This document shows, piece by piece, positions 19,781 through 33,005 of a stretch of 64,000 nt of DNA (its first letter is position 1; each line of letters begins with the position of its first letter). The position numbers and the translations under genes were made by a program. Source of the DNA: an uncultured Trueperaceae bacterium (lineage in GTDB: Bacteria > Deinococcota > Deinococci > Deinococcales > Trueperaceae); the NCBI GenBank assembly GCA_963799485.1, contig CAWCXJ010000012.1, positions 137,172-201,171 of the forward strand. Direction: 5' to 3'. The notes beneath the pieces were generated by a model. It did not search any database, was not told the origin of the DNA, and saw only the letters and a list, made by a program, of their open reading frames with translations.

Positions 19781-20482
19781 ATGAAAATCGACCTCCACCT
19801 CCACACCGAAGCTTCGTTCGATTGCGTGGTGCCGCTGCCGCAACTTTTACTGCAGGTCGGGCGCGCGGGTATCGATGTTCAGGCCGTGACCGACCACAAC
19901 GAAATCTGGGGCGCAGAAAAGCTTAGGGCGTTGGCCGCTGCGCGCCGTAAAACCCACCCTGAAACGCCGCAGATTATCGTCGGCGAAGAGGTCAGTACCC
20001 GCGAGGGCGAAATTATCGGGCTCTTTTTAACCGAGCGAATTCCCCGTGACCTGAGCCCCGAGGAAACAGTCGCCCGTATCCGGGCGCAGGGCGGGCTGGT
20101 GCTCTTGCCGCACGGCTTCGACCCGCTGAAAAAGAAACGGCTCAAACCCGAGGCTTTGGCGCGTATTGCCGGTGACGTCGATATCGTCGAGAGTTTTAAC
20201 GCGCGTATCTCGAGGCCGCGCTGGAACCGCGCCGGGGCTGTGTGGGCGGACGCGCGCGGCCTCCCGAAAAGCGGCGGCTCGGACGCGCACACCCTCGCCG
20301 ACGTAGGCGACGCCTGGACTGAAACGCCGCAACGCGACGTGAGCACGCCGGAGGGACTGCTCGAGGCGGTGCGCGCAGGTGAGGTGGCGGGCCGCTGGAC
20401 GCATCCGCTTCTAGCGTTTGGCTACAAGCTGTGGGATTCGGGCTTTGCCATTTCAAAGCGTTACGTTTCCGGCAGACGTTAG
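19781..20482 (+). CDS. PHP-domain metallophosphoesterase
   Basis: DLHLHT, VTDHN, GEEV, PH, GGSDAH. Confidence 0.9.
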   Translation: MKIDLHLHTEASFDCVVPLPQLLLQVGRAGIDVQAVTDHNEIWGAEKLRALAAARRKTHPETPQIIVGEEVSTREGEIIGLFLTERIPRDLSPEETVARIRAQGGLVLLPHGFDPLKKKRLKPEALARIAGDVDIVESFNARISRPRWNRAGAVWADARGLPKSGGSDAHTLADVGDAWTETPQRDVSTPEGLLEAVRAGEVAGRWTHPLLAFGYKLWDSGFAISKRYVSGRR

Positions 20483-20736
20483 GTTTAGGCTCCGCGTCCC
20501 CGAGTTTCGCGTCTAAAGCGCCGTAAAAGGCGCGCTCAGGTTGTATTACGGTATTTGGTCGATCACTGTAACCGTTGTGAAAACCCCAACTCGCACACGC
20601 GGCGTTCGCAACCTCTCGTATTACTTCCCATGTTACCGCCTATATCCTGTCCTGGACGACGCTTTTTCATATGTAGCTTTCATATGTGGCGTAGCCGGGT
20701 CGCTAGTCCCTGCGCTATACTCGCTCAAGGAGGGTT

Positions 20737-22200
20737 GTGTCCCATCTAGACGAGGCGCTCGAGCTGCTGCTGGCGCGCACCCACAGAGACCCCGAACTCG
20801 CTGCGGCGCTGCGAACCCTCTTGGAGGGTGTTTTGGCGCGTTTACCCGAGCCCGGGCCGGTCGCTGGGCCCGTACCCGAATCTGCGCCGGTCGCAGTAGC
20901 CCCCGCAGAACCGGCGTCTGCTCCTGAAGCCGAGTTAAACGGTGAGACAACCGGTGCGCTAACCGACGAGATAACCTTCGTCGAGTGGCCCGAGTTGGGA
21001 GCCGTAGGCAGAAATCTGCAGCTCAAGGCGGGTGCGTGCCGCTGGGTAGCGGCCTACGGCTACACCGAAGAACCCGCGGCCCTCGGCGAACGCTACGCGC
21101 TGCTCGACCACGCGAAAGCGGCAGGGTGTTTTTTGTGGATGTTTGACCGCGTCCGCGTCAATCCCTACAACACGGCCGGGCTCACCACCCTGGCTGAACT
21201 GTTCGAGTTGACGGCGCAGGCGCTGAACTTCTGGCGCGACGCCGGCGACACGCCCGAGGAGCGGGCAGCCGATCACCTCCTGGCGGACGCGCAGGCGGCG
21301 GTGCGCGCCGCTGCCTGGACGCTGGCCGGCTATAGCGACCCCGATCAGTACGACCTCTACAAAGCGCTAAAACTGAGCGCGCAAGCCTCGAGAACCTATT
21401 TGCCGCAGCTCAGTCTGGGCTACCGCCCCCCGGCGCTGGGCGAACTCACGGTGCGGCTGGCAGCGCTTGGCGAGGCCAGGCAAGCGCGCGAGGCGCGGGC
21501 GCGGGCAAGCAAAAAACTTTACGGCAAGGCGCACTATCACATCAAGCTGGTTGCTAAAAACCCGGCCGACATGGCCCAGTGGCGCAAGGTCGATGAGGCC
21601 GTGCGCGAGCTGCTGGCGCAGGGCGAAGCGGTCGCGGGTCTCCTCGAGCCGCTCCGGGGGCGCGCCGTACCCCCGGATTTGTCCCGGCTCGCCGCGCTGC
21701 TGAGGTTGCCTTTAGCCGCGCCGCCCGCACCCGTGGGGCAAACCTCGTTCGTCCCCGCCGCGCCGCAACTGCCGGAAAGCGCGAGCGAGGCGGTGAGGCG
21801 CGTCGGGCAGCTTTTGGCAGGGCGTGAAATCCTGATCGTCGGCGGCGACGAACGCAAAGAGGCGGTCGCGGGGCTTGCCGCGGCGTTCGGTTGCCGCGTG
21901 CGGTGGCTCGAGACCGCGCCGCACACCTCGCTGTCGCTGCTCGAGCCTGCCGTGACCGAAAGTGTCGCGGTCGTCTTGCTGCTGATCCGCTGGTCGAGCC
22001 ATGTTTACGGCGAACTCGCGCACGTCTGCAAGGCGCGGGGCGTGCCGCTGGTCAGGCTCGCGGGGGGCTATAACCCCAACCGGGTCGCGCACGACGTGCT
22101 GGGGCAAGCGGCGGCGCGGCTCAGCCCGGATAGTAGACCTGACAACAAACTTGACGACGCTGACGATACCGACGACAAAGCGCTCGAGCACACGGCCTGA
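20737..22200 (+). CDS. Uncharacterised protein with C-terminal DUF2325-like alpha/beta domain
   Basis: AAGGAGG RBS; ILIVGG...LLIRWSSH...VCKARGVP pattern. Confidence 0.7.
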   Translation: MSHLDEALELLLARTHRDPELAAALRTLLEGVLARLPEPGPVAGPVPESAPVAVAPAEPASAPEAELNGETTGALTDEITFVEWPELGAVGRNLQLKAGACRWVAAYGYTEEPAALGERYALLDHAKAAGCFLWMFDRVRVNPYNTAGLTTLAELFELTAQALNFWRDAGDTPEERAADHLLADAQAAVRAAAWTLAGYSDPDQYDLYKALKLSAQASRTYLPQLSLGYRPPALGELTVRLAALGEARQAREARARASKKLYGKAHYHIKLVAKNPADMAQWRKVDEAVRELLAQGEAVAGLLEPLRGRAVPPDLSRLAALLRLPLAAPPAPVGQTSFVPAAPQLPESASEAVRRVGQLLAGREILIVGGDERKEAVAGLAAAFGCRVRWLETAPHTSLSLLEPAVTESVAVVLLLIRWSSHVYGELAHVCKARGVPLVRLAGGYNPNRVAHDVLGQAAARLSPDSRPDNKLDDADDTDDKALEHTA

Positions 22201-22410
22201 AGGCCCAGGCTCGTGAAAAAACGCCCGCCGAATTGTTCACCTGCCGCCGCGCCACGTCACCGTAAACCCGGTCGAGAAGTCGGGACGGGGCACGGTGTCG
22301 GCGTCGATGTCTCGGTAACTGAACGCCCCCTTGGGGGCGGCCCAGCCCCCGCAGCCGCTATATCCGACTGGTGCGGTAAACGCGTCACTGTGAACTTTCG
22401 GCGCAGCTAA

Positions 22411-23892
22411 ATGGATTTTTATCTGCTCGTCGCCAGCCTGCTCGTCGTCGCCGCCGTTCTGAGTACCCGCGCCACCCAGCGTTTCGGTTTACCGGCGCTC
22501 GTACTTTTTGTCGCTATCGGGATGCTGGCCGGGAGCAGCGGGCTCGGACGGATTCGTTTCGACGACTACGCGCTCAGCCTCGAGGTCGGTCTGGTCGCGC
22601 TGGCGATCATCTTGTTCAGCGGCGGTCTAGACACCCGGATGCGGCTCTTTCGGGCGTCTTTGGCACCGGCTCTCAGCCTTTCGACGGTAGGTGTCGTGAT
22701 TACGATGGGGGTGGTGGGCGGCGCGGCCTGGCTGCTCACGCCGCTCGGCTTCGTGCAGAGCCTTTTGCTGGGCGCGGTACTCGCCCCGACCGACGCCGCC
22801 GCCACCTTCAGCGTCTTAAAAGGGCGCGGTATCCCGGCGCGCCTGCGCGGGGTGCTCGAGACCGAATCGGGGACGAACGATCCGGTGGGTATCTACCTTA
22901 CGGTGGCCTTGACGACGGTGCTCGTCAGCGGTCAGGCCAACGGCCTGAGCCTCATCGGTGGCGTCGCCCTGCAGCTCGCGCTGGGCGGCGTTTTGGGGTA
23001 CTTGTGGGGTTTAGCGCTCGTGTGGCTTTTTAACCACGTCAAGCTGGACAGCTCCGGGCTCTATCCGCTGCTGGCCCTCGCCAGCGGACTGTTCGCCTAC
23101 AGCGCGACCAACCTAGTAGGCGGAAACGGCTTTTTGGCGGTCTACCTGATGGGCCTCGTCGTCGGCAACCGGCGCGTTCCGCACCGGCAAAACCTCGCCT
23201 ACTTTATGGAAGGGCTCGCCTGGGGCGCACAAATCGTGATGTTTTTGCTGCTCGGTTTGCTCGTTTTTCCCGACGAACTTCCCGGTATCTTGCCGGTTGC
23301 GCTGCTCCTGACGCTCGTCTTGACCCTCATCGCCCGCCCGCTGGCGGTGGTTTTGTGCCTCGAGCCCATCCAAAGATTGACGCAACACCACAGTTTTACC
23401 TGGCAAGAGTACAGCCTGCTCAGCGGCGCGGGTCTCAAGGGAGCCGTGCCAATTATTCTCGCTATCTTTCCGCTTCTGAACCGGGTCGATAACGGCAACG
23501 CGATCTTCAACATCGTCTTCGTGGTCGTCGTCGTAAGCACGACCCTGCAGGGGCTCGCCATCGGCCCCTTGGCCAAGCGCCTGGGGCTCCTCAAACAAGA
23601 ACCGCCGGAGTCGCCCTTGCGGATTGAACTCGGCGGCGTCGCACCCCCCGGCAGCGCGGTACTCGACGTGTTTTTAGAGCCCGATACCCGCGCCGTAGGC
23701 CGACCGCTGCGCGATTTACGGCTCTCTCAAGACGTGATTATCGCCGCTATCTACCGGGACGGAGAGCTCATCACGCCGCGCGGCGAGGTCGTGTTTAGAG
23801 CGGGCGACCACGTTTTTGTCATTACCAGAGACGTCGATAAAATCGGTATTCCGGCAGCTTTCGTCGCGAAACGGCGCGAGGGTGAGGCTTAG
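22411..23892 (+). CDS. K+/H+ antiporter (NhaP2/CvrA type) with TrkA-C domain
   Basis: PTDAAA, ETESGTNDP, GLKGAVPIILA; C-terminal IAAIYRDGELITPRG. Confidence 0.92.
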   Translation: MDFYLLVASLLVVAAVLSTRATQRFGLPALVLFVAIGMLAGSSGLGRIRFDDYALSLEVGLVALAIILFSGGLDTRMRLFRASLAPALSLSTVGVVITMGVVGGAAWLLTPLGFVQSLLLGAVLAPTDAAATFSVLKGRGIPARLRGVLETESGTNDPVGIYLTVALTTVLVSGQANGLSLIGGVALQLALGGVLGYLWGLALVWLFNHVKLDSSGLYPLLALASGLFAYSATNLVGGNGFLAVYLMGLVVGNRRVPHRQNLAYFMEGLAWGAQIVMFLLLGLLVFPDELPGILPVALLLTLVLTLIARPLAVVLCLEPIQRLTQHHSFTWQEYSLLSGAGLKGAVPIILAIFPLLNRVDNGNAIFNIVFVVVVVSTTLQGLAIGPLAKRLGLLKQEPPESPLRIELGGVAPPGSAVLDVFLEPDTRAVGRPLRDLRLSQDVIIAAIYRDGELITPRGEVVFRAGDHVFVITRDVDKIGIPAAFVAKRREGEA

Positions 23893-23912
23893 GTTCGGGG
23901 TAACGCTTTGGC

Positions 23913-24290
23913 TTGCCCCGAGCTTCAGCGGGATTCGGCGAGGGTTTTCACTTCGCCCTGCCGCTGTTGCAACAAGCGACACTCTTGTCAACTTGTGACC
24001 AGGCTACCGCATTTAACCGCAACGAGGACGACGACATCCCGGCACTCTCGAGAGAAGGCTTGCAGATTACCACCGACGCGACCATCCGTTTTCGCATCGA
24101 CCCGGCTCAGGCCGACGCCATCTTTCAAACGCTCGGCACCGACTACGAAAACACCTTGATCCGCCCGCAGGTGCGCTCGGTCATCCGCGACCGGATCGCG
24201 CAGTACAACGCCGCCGAGGTCATCAGCACGCAGCGAACCACTCCAGCAGGGTATCAAAACTACGCTCGCACAAGAACTCGAGCTGCTTTA
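23913..24290 (+). pseudogene. SPFH/prohibitin (band 7) gene fragment
   Basis: GEGFHFALP, ALSREGLQITTDATIRFRID, LIRPQVRSVIRD; lacks N-terminus, changes frame after STQRT and is truncated. Confidence 0.7.
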
Positions 24291-25184
24291 GGTCGGTGCA
24301 ACCCTGCGCGCGACCCGTTGTTCGCGCCGCTTGGCGTAACTTACGACAGCGATACCGGCGAGCGCGACAATGCCTCCCACCAGCGTTAAGGGGGACGGCA
24401 CTTCAGCGAGCAGGAGCCACGAAAAGAACAAGCTGAAGACCGGGACGGCGTAGAGAAACGTCGTCGCCAAAGTCACCGGTAACTTGGAAATCGCATAAGA
24501 AAACTGTGCGTAGGCGACCGCCGCCGGAAACACCCCGATGTAGACCGTCGCCGCCAGCGGCAGCGTTCCCGCGCCCGCGACATCGGTAAAAAAACCGGGC
24601 AAAAAGACGAGCAGCGGCAGTGTCCCGGCCCAGGTGCAAAAAGCTGTGACCTCGACGGCCCGGTAGCGCGCGAAGAGCGGTTTTTGCAACACCGTAAAAA
24701 ACGCCGTGGAAAGTGCCGACAAGAGAATTAAAAAAGCAAAAGGGTTGAGGCTGAGGCCCGCGCTGTCGCCCAGCACAATCAGCAGCACGCCCACGAAAGA
24801 GACCCCGGTACCGACCCAACCGAGCCGCGACAGCCGGTCGCGGAGAACGAAAAAGGCCACGATCGCCGTAAGCGCCGGGGCTGTGGCGATAATCAGGCTG
24901 GCCGCCCCCGCCGAGACGTGCAGCTCGCCGTAGTTGAGCGCGAGGTGGTAAATGGTAATTCCTAAAAGTCCGGCGAGAAAAAACGTCGGCAGGTCGCGCC
25001 GGTCAGGAAACAGGCGTCTTTTCGTTGCCGCCAGATAGACCGCAAAACACAGCGACGCCACGAGAAAACGCAGCAGCGTCAGGTCAGCCGCCGAGAGCCC
25101 CTCGAGCCCCAGTTTGATTGCCGGAAACGCCGAACCCCACAGCACCGCGAGGACGAATAGATTAAAGAACATACCCCAGGTCAT
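24288..25184 (-). CDS. EamA/DMT family transporter
   Basis: LWGSAF, LLRF, about 10 TM segments in two repeats. Confidence 0.9.
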   Translation of the reverse strand: MTWGMFFNLFVLAVLWGSAFPAIKLGLEGLSAADLTLLRFLVASLCFAVYLAATKRRLFPDRRDLPTFFLAGLLGITIYHLALNYGELHVSAGAASLIIATAPALTAIVAFFVLRDRLSRLGWVGTGVSFVGVLLIVLGDSAGLSLNPFAFLILLSALSTAFFTVLQKPLFARYRAVEVTAFCTWAGTLPLLVFLPGFFTDVAGAGTLPLAATVYIGVFPAAVAYAQFSYAISKLPVTLATTFLYAVPVFSLFFSWLLLAEVPSPLTLVGGIVALAGIAVVSYAKRREQRVARRVAPT

Positions 25185-25248
25185 AAAGACAGGCTACCCC
25201 GTAACTCGGGAGTAGCCTATCTGGTTTCGTGTTCAAAGTGTCCGGCCT

Positions 25249-26233
25249 TTAAGAAGGCAGCGCCACCGGGCGACCGCACGCGCAGCTTTCAGACTCGCGT
25301 ATCATTTTGGTCTGGCCTTCGCGGTACCAGAGGGTGTCGCAGTCGGGGCAGCGGATTTCGTTTTGCGAAATGCTGCGGAGCGCGTCGGACTCCAGCCAAC
25401 GCGCCTCCCCGCACCAGTGACAGACGACTTCAGCGCCGCCGTCCTCTGCAATCATCCGCTCGCGCTCTTCGGGCGAAAAGTAAGCGAGGGCGTCCAGGGC
25501 TTTTTCGTCCGAACAGCGGCATTCAAAACGGAGCGGCAAGGCGTCGGGCGTGAGTAGTTTGAAATCCAGACCCCAGCACAGCTCTTCGATGATTTCAATG
25601 AGCGACGCGCGGCGCATCGCGTCGGTGAATTGGCCCAACGCGCGGACGTTGGCCTCGAGCAAATCTAGCGCCGCGTCGTCGGCGTCGGGCAGCGCCTGCA
25701 AGATGACGCCGCCGGATTTGACCACACCGGAGGGCTCTATATACACCCCCAACAGTACCGCCGAACGAATCTGCTCGGACTGCGCCAAAAAAACCGCGAC
25801 GTCTTCAGCGATTTCACCTGTGACCAAATCCACCGAACTGCTGTACGGGTCGCCGTAAGGCGCGTGCGCGCGGATGACCTGCAGGTCGCCCTTGCCGAGC
25901 GCCCCGCCGACGTTGAGTTTGCCGTCCGGACGAGGCGGCAGCGTCGCGTCCGGATGATTGACGTAACCGCGCACCGCACCGTCTAGTCCCGCGTCGGCAA
26001 TCACGCCGCCGAGCGGCCCGTCCCCGCGCAAACGGAGCGTCACGCGGTCTTGCGGGTTTTTGAGGAGAACGTGCGATAAGAGCAGCGCCCCGGTCAGGGT
26101 GCGGCCCAGAGCTGCGGTCGCGGTTGGGGAGGTGTCGTGACGGACACGCGCGTATTCGACGAGTCTGGGTGGTGTCGGCGGCGACCACGCGGACGCCGCC
26201 AGCGGCTGCGACGCCGCGAAGCAGGTAAGACAT
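25249..26233 (-). CDS. hslO: Hsp33 redox chaperone with apparent frameshift near 26164
   Basis: SPTATAALGR, GDGPLG, GEIAED, SEQ, CRC...CHWC; N-terminus MSYLLRGVAA is in a different frame. Confidence 0.85.
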
Positions 26234-26470
26234 GGGTTGTCCTTTCGGATTACAAAACTCAAGTATTGCTAGTGCCGCCCCAAGGCGGCGTAACCAGAGA
26301 ATTATACGGTTTGGAGGCAAGTTTCAGGGTAAGGCTCAAGACGACCTTACCGCAACGCGGCAGCGCCTACTCGCAGCTCGAGCGCGAAGCGGTATCTACA
26401 GGTGTACGCCCTCGGCCCAACTTGCGATAAACCGTGAGGGGTCGTTGCGCCCGGTGTGTCGCTGTGCCTG

Positions 26471-27013
26471 CTAGCGGTCGTCCTTTCCGAAATGCTCTTG
26501 ATAACGCTCCAAAGCCTCCCGGATAACGTTGTGAGCGTCCCCCAACCCCAAAAAATCGCTGACTTTGACGTCCCGCTTCAGCGTGTCCTGATAGTCCTCG
26601 AAAAACCACTCGAGCTTCTCGCGTTCGTAAGCAGGCAGGTCGGAGAGGGTCTTGTGGTCTTTATACATCGGGTCGGTAACGTGAACACAGATGAGCTTGT
26701 CGTCCCTTTCGTCGCGGTCGGTCAGAACGAAGATACCGAGGGGCCGAACCTGCACCAGACTCAGCGGCGCAACCGGGTTTTGCATCAGTACCAACACGTC
26801 TAGCGGGTCGCCGTCGGTGGCGAGGGTGCGCGGCAAAAAGCCGTAGTTAGCAGGATAAGGAACCGGCGGGTGCATGATGCGGTTGACGCTTAAGAGGCCG
26901 AGCGCCTTGTCAAGCTCGTACTTCGTCGTGTCGCCGCGCGGCACCTCGACGACTGCGCGCATCTCAAAGGGAGCATTGTCACCGATAGGAACGTCGTGCC
27001 AGGGATGGGTCAT
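26471..27013 (-). CDS. ppa: Inorganic pyrophosphatase (family I)
   Basis: KYELDK, YPANYG, DGDPLDV, DDK. Confidence 0.95.
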   Translation of the reverse strand: MTHPWHDVPIGDNAPFEMRAVVEVPRGDTTKYELDKALGLLSVNRIMHPPVPYPANYGFLPRTLATDGDPLDVLVLMQNPVAPLSLVQVRPLGIFVLTDRDERDDKLICVHVTDPMYKDHKTLSDLPAYEREKLEWFFEDYQDTLKRDVKVSDFLGLGDAHNVIREALERYQEHFGKDDR

Positions 27014-27033
27014 AAGCCCAGCATAGATTATCT

Positions 27034-29299
<2,266 letters not shown>

Positions 29300-29313
29300 G
29301 CCTAGAGCGTATC

Positions 29314-29939
29314 TCAAAAAGCCCTGCAAGGTAGGGGAACTGCATAAAAAGGGATGCGCTCGAGCCACCCATGCCCAGGGTCGGTAAGCGTGAGCGCCTG
29401 AGGTAACCAACGTTTCCGGCTCGTATCCAGCTTTGGGTAGACGGTCTCAAAATCCCTCTGGTCTTGACGCCGCTCACCAGTACCGGTGTTTTTGCTCTTA
29501 AAAAGCAGTACGAGTTCAGGGGCGAGGAACGGAACGCCTGTCGGGGACTGCAAAAAAGCTTTTTCAGCAGGGCAGGTGATGCGTGGGTCGCGGCGATACG
29601 TCCAGGTCTCCGCGTTCATATCGGTGAGCTGAACGTCGATAAACATGCCCTCTCGGTGCGCGTGAATCTGGATTTGAGGTTCTTTGGGGCTGCCCATAGG
29701 CCACGGCTCGAGTTGCCCGCCTAGCGGCAAAACGAGCTGCCAACCCCGGTCTGTCAGATGCTGCCGTAAATCGGATATAGCCGTGCGTGAGACGACCACA
29801 TCAACATCGTGATGGACGCGGCTGACGCGGTTTGTAAAAAGCTCGAGCGCCCAGCCACTCCCGACAAACCAGGGGTGCGCGAAGGTACCGAGTTCGTAAG
29901 CCCCGCGTTCAACCGGCGTAAACCCGTAAAACGCCGTCC
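29314..29939 (-). pseudogene. Aminoglycoside-2''-adenylyltransferase-like nucleotidyltransferase lacking its start
   Basis: Frame extends upstream of the ORF call to PWFVGSGWALELF..RVHHDVDV, but is preceded by in-frame TAG (29940-29942); APELVLLFK motif. Confidence 0.65.
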
Positions 29940-29962
29940 ACTACGCTTCTGATTGTTTGCCC

Positions 29963-30400
29963 TTACGCCTCGGCTGCGTCGCCGAAGTCCGACAAGCCGA
30001 CCTGTTCGACGACTTCCTGCGCCACCCAAATCGGCGCGTCCGTGCGGACTGCCAGGGCGAGGGCGTCCGAGGGGCGGGCGTCAAGCTCGAGTTCAATTCC
30101 CCGGTTCTCGAGCACGACTCGCCCGTAAAAGGTGCCGCCTTCAGAAGTCGTCACGAGTTCGGTGACTTCGACGCGTTTTACGGTTGCGCCGAGCAGCTCG
30201 AGCCCTGAGAGCATCAAATCGTGCGACAGGGGCCGTGTGGGGGGCTCCGCGCTCCGGCCCGCGAGAATCGAGAGGGCCTCGAGGTGGCCTATCGTAATCG
30301 GCACAAACTCACCCGAGAGCGTTTTTAACAGCACGATAAAAAATTCGCCGTTGCCGGCGACCGCCACGTCTTCTAACACCGCTTCGACGAGTCCGTTCAT
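29963..30400 (-). CDS. Bifunctional nuclease family (DUF151)
   Basis: PITIG..EA, RPLSHDL, DARPSDALALA. Confidence 0.92.
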   Translation of the reverse strand: MNGLVEAVLEDVAVAGNGEFFIVLLKTLSGEFVPITIGHLEALSILAGRSAEPPTRPLSHDLMLSGLELLGATVKRVEVTELVTTSEGGTFYGRVVLENRGIELELDARPSDALALAVRTDAPIWVAQEVVEQVGLSDFGDAAEA

Positions 30401-30609
30401 GAGATTAGCTTACTCGTTTTGCCAGGAGTGTTGACGAGCCTGCGCAAATTTTTGCTCAAGCGTAAAGCCGATCTGTGCGGAGAACAGAGAATACAGGCAG
30501 GAGAATGCAGAACGAGACCGCTAGATTCTCCCTTCTGTATTCTGCTTTCTCGTGCAACCGAATTCACGCGAGCCAAATCTCCGAATCGACTTGCTAAACT
30601 GTCCCTAAT

Positions 30610-32028
30610 ATGCCTGAACTCGAGCCCGTCATCGGCCTGGAAGTCCACTTGGCCTTAAGCACCAGAAGCAAGATGTTTTGCGCCTGCTCCGCCGAAACCT
30701 TCGGCGACCCCCCCAACACGCACACCTGCCCGGTCTGCCTGGGTCTCCCCGGCAGCTTGCCGACCCCCAACCGCGAAGCCTTTGAAAAAGCCCTGACGCT
30801 CTCCCTCGCACTCGGCTGTTCTGTACCGGAACGCACGCAGTTTCACCGTAAAAACTACTTCTACCCCGACGCGCCGAAAAACTATCAGATCAGCCAGTAC
30901 GACCATCCGGTAGGGGAAGGCGGCACCCTGACGCTCTCTACGGGGCGGTGTATCGGTATCACCCGTTGTCACTTGGAAGAGGACGCCGGACGCTCGCAGC
31001 ACCCGACTTACGCCGACTACAGCCTCGTAGACCTGAACCGGGCCGGCGCGCCACTGGTCGAGATGGTCACAGAACCCGACCTTCGCACGCCGGAAGAGGC
31101 GAGGGAGTTCTTGAACACCGTTCGGGCCGTAGCAAGGGCCCTCGGCGTCTCGGACGCAAACCCCGAAGCGGGCAAGATGCGCGCCGATGTCAACGTTTCG
31201 GTGCGGCGACCGGGAGAGCCGTTCGGTACCAAGGTCGAAGTCAAAAACCTCAACTCGTTTAGGAGCGTGCAGCGGGCTTTGGAGTTTGAAATCAAACGGC
31301 AGAGCCGGATTATAGAAGACGGCGGCAGCGTCCGGCAAGACACGCTCGGTTGGGACGAGGGCGGGCAGAAGACGTATTTGCTGCGGACCAAAGAGGGCGA
31401 GGCCGACTACCGCTACTTCCCCGACCCCGATTTGCCGCCCTTTTATATTGATGAGGACTGGCTTACGCGCCTCAGAACCGCCATGCCGGAGCTGCCGGAC
31501 GCCAAAGCCGCGCGTTACGCCGCGCTCGGAGTACGCGCGGAAAGCGCGGCGCTGCTCGCTTATGACGTGGATTTCTCAAGGTTTTTTGACGCGGCCCTCG
31601 AGTTCCAAAACAACGCCCAAGCTCTCGCCAACTGGCTGAGCGGCGACGTGACGGGCTACCTCAACACGCACGGTTTGACGCTGACGAGTTCCCGGCTGAC
31701 CCCGGAACATCTTGCTGGACTCGTCGGTTTGGTCGAGGCCGACACGATTTCAGGCAAAATCGCCAAGGATTTGCTGCCCGAAGTCGTCGGTGGGGCAGAC
31801 CCGGCGGCGTTGGTGAGAGAGCGGGGGCTCGAGCAAGTCACCGACACGGCAGCTTTAGAGGGCGTGGTCGCACAGGTTCTAGCTGAAAACCCGAAGCTGG
31901 TCGCAGAGGCCAAGGCGAACCCTAAAGCGGTCAACGCGCTTTTAGGCCGGGTGATAAAAGCAAGTGGCGGCAAGGCGAACCCGGCGCGGGTGCGTGAACT
32001 TATCACCGAGAAATTAGCAGGGAGCTGA
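30610..32028 (+). CDS. gatB: Asp/Glu-tRNA amidotransferase subunit B
   Basis: [30 protein letters not shown]. Confidence 0.97.
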   Translation: MPELEPVIGLEVHLALSTRSKMFCACSAETFGDPPNTHTCPVCLGLPGSLPTPNREAFEKALTLSLALGCSVPERTQFHRKNYFYPDAPKNYQISQYDHPVGEGGTLTLSTGRCIGITRCHLEEDAGRSQHPTYADYSLVDLNRAGAPLVEMVTEPDLRTPEEAREFLNTVRAVARALGVSDANPEAGKMRADVNVSVRRPGEPFGTKVEVKNLNSFRSVQRALEFEIKRQSRIIEDGGSVRQDTLGWDEGGQKTYLLRTKEGEADYRYFPDPDLPPFYIDEDWLTRLRTAMPELPDAKAARYAALGVRAESAALLAYDVDFSRFFDAALEFQNNAQALANWLSGDVTGYLNTHGLTLTSSRLTPEHLAGLVGLVEADTISGKIAKDLLPEVVGGADPAALVRERGLEQVTDTAALEGVVAQVLAENPKLVAEAKANPKAVNALLGRVIKASGGKANPARVRELITEKLAGS

Positions 32029-32102
32029 TGGTAGGTAAAGATATGCTCAGCCTCTGTACCCGCCGACACGAGCCCCGTAAACCTGCCCGGTAAGATACTC
32101 CT

Positions 32103-32792
32103 ATGAACCTTATGGCTGTTTTTGCCCATCCTGACGATGAACTCGGTTGTGTCGGTACGTTGGCCAAACATGCGGCGCGTGGCGACCGTGTGATGCTCGT
32201 CTGGACGACACACGGCGAGTTGGCAAGTCAGTTCGGCGACACCGACCACGCCGAGGTGCGGCGTGTGCGGCAAGAGCACGGCGCTTGGGTTGCGGGGCAG
32301 CTCGGGGCCGAATATCACTTTTTCGATATGGGCGACTCACGCATGACCGGGAGCCGTAACGAAGGTTTGGCTTTGGCCCGTCTTTACGCAGACTTCAAGC
32401 CCGACGCCGTCATCGGCTGGAGCGACGACCACGCGCACCCCGACCACCGGATGAGCGCCAAAATCGCCTTCGACGCGGTTACGCTGGCGCGGATCCCCAA
32501 AATCATCAATGAAGAGTTAGCGGAGCGGCTCGAGCCCCACCGTAAACCTGTCCGGTTTTATCAGTACCCCTCGGCGGGTTCGGCGTATCCAACCTTGCAC
32601 GTCGATGTGTCGGAACACGTAGAGGTCGGTGAACGCGTGTTTGCCTACTACCGCGACTTTTACGGTTGGGACGCCCGTCCCGAATGGTTTAAGCGTAACC
32701 TGACGGCGCGCGGCGCTGAAGCGGGCGTGAAGTTTGCCGAGGCGTTTCAGTTTCGGGGGCGTTTCGTGCCGGCGCGGGTGTATCTGCCCTGA
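32103..32792 (+). CDS. PIG-L/LmbE family deacetylase
   Basis: AHPDDE and HPDH zinc motifs. Confidence 0.9.
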   Translation: MNLMAVFAHPDDELGCVGTLAKHAARGDRVMLVWTTHGELASQFGDTDHAEVRRVRQEHGAWVAGQLGAEYHFFDMGDSRMTGSRNEGLALARLYADFKPDAVIGWSDDHAHPDHRMSAKIAFDAVTLARIPKIINEELAERLEPHRKPVRFYQYPSAGSAYPTLHVDVSEHVEVGERVFAYYRDFYGWDARPEWFKRNLTARGAEAGVKFAEAFQFRGRFVPARVYLP

Positions 32793-33005
32793 CCTGCGCC
32801 CTTGCAGTATTGCTGCACACGGCTCTCTCACGCTGCCTCGTCATGATAACGGTATGGTCTTTAGCACCGCTGCAAGTTTAACCGCAAGTGTGGCTGCTTG
32901 TTCACCCGCTCCCGGACTGTTAGAATGCCCAGGTTTGACGTGCAGGGGGACTGTCGGCAGGTATGTTAGTATCTGCCAATCTGCCGCCGCAACTGAGAGG
33001 GTTTC

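Noticed and set aside
20574..20639. Fifth copy of the composite promoter (GTTGT-GAAA-ACCCC with TGtTACCGC at the same spacing)
   Set aside because: Left half-site is poor, CTCTG is not at offset 18-19 and the -10 lacks the final T
22213..22410. 65-aa ORF abutting the antiporter gene
   Set aside because: No RBS or recognisable motif
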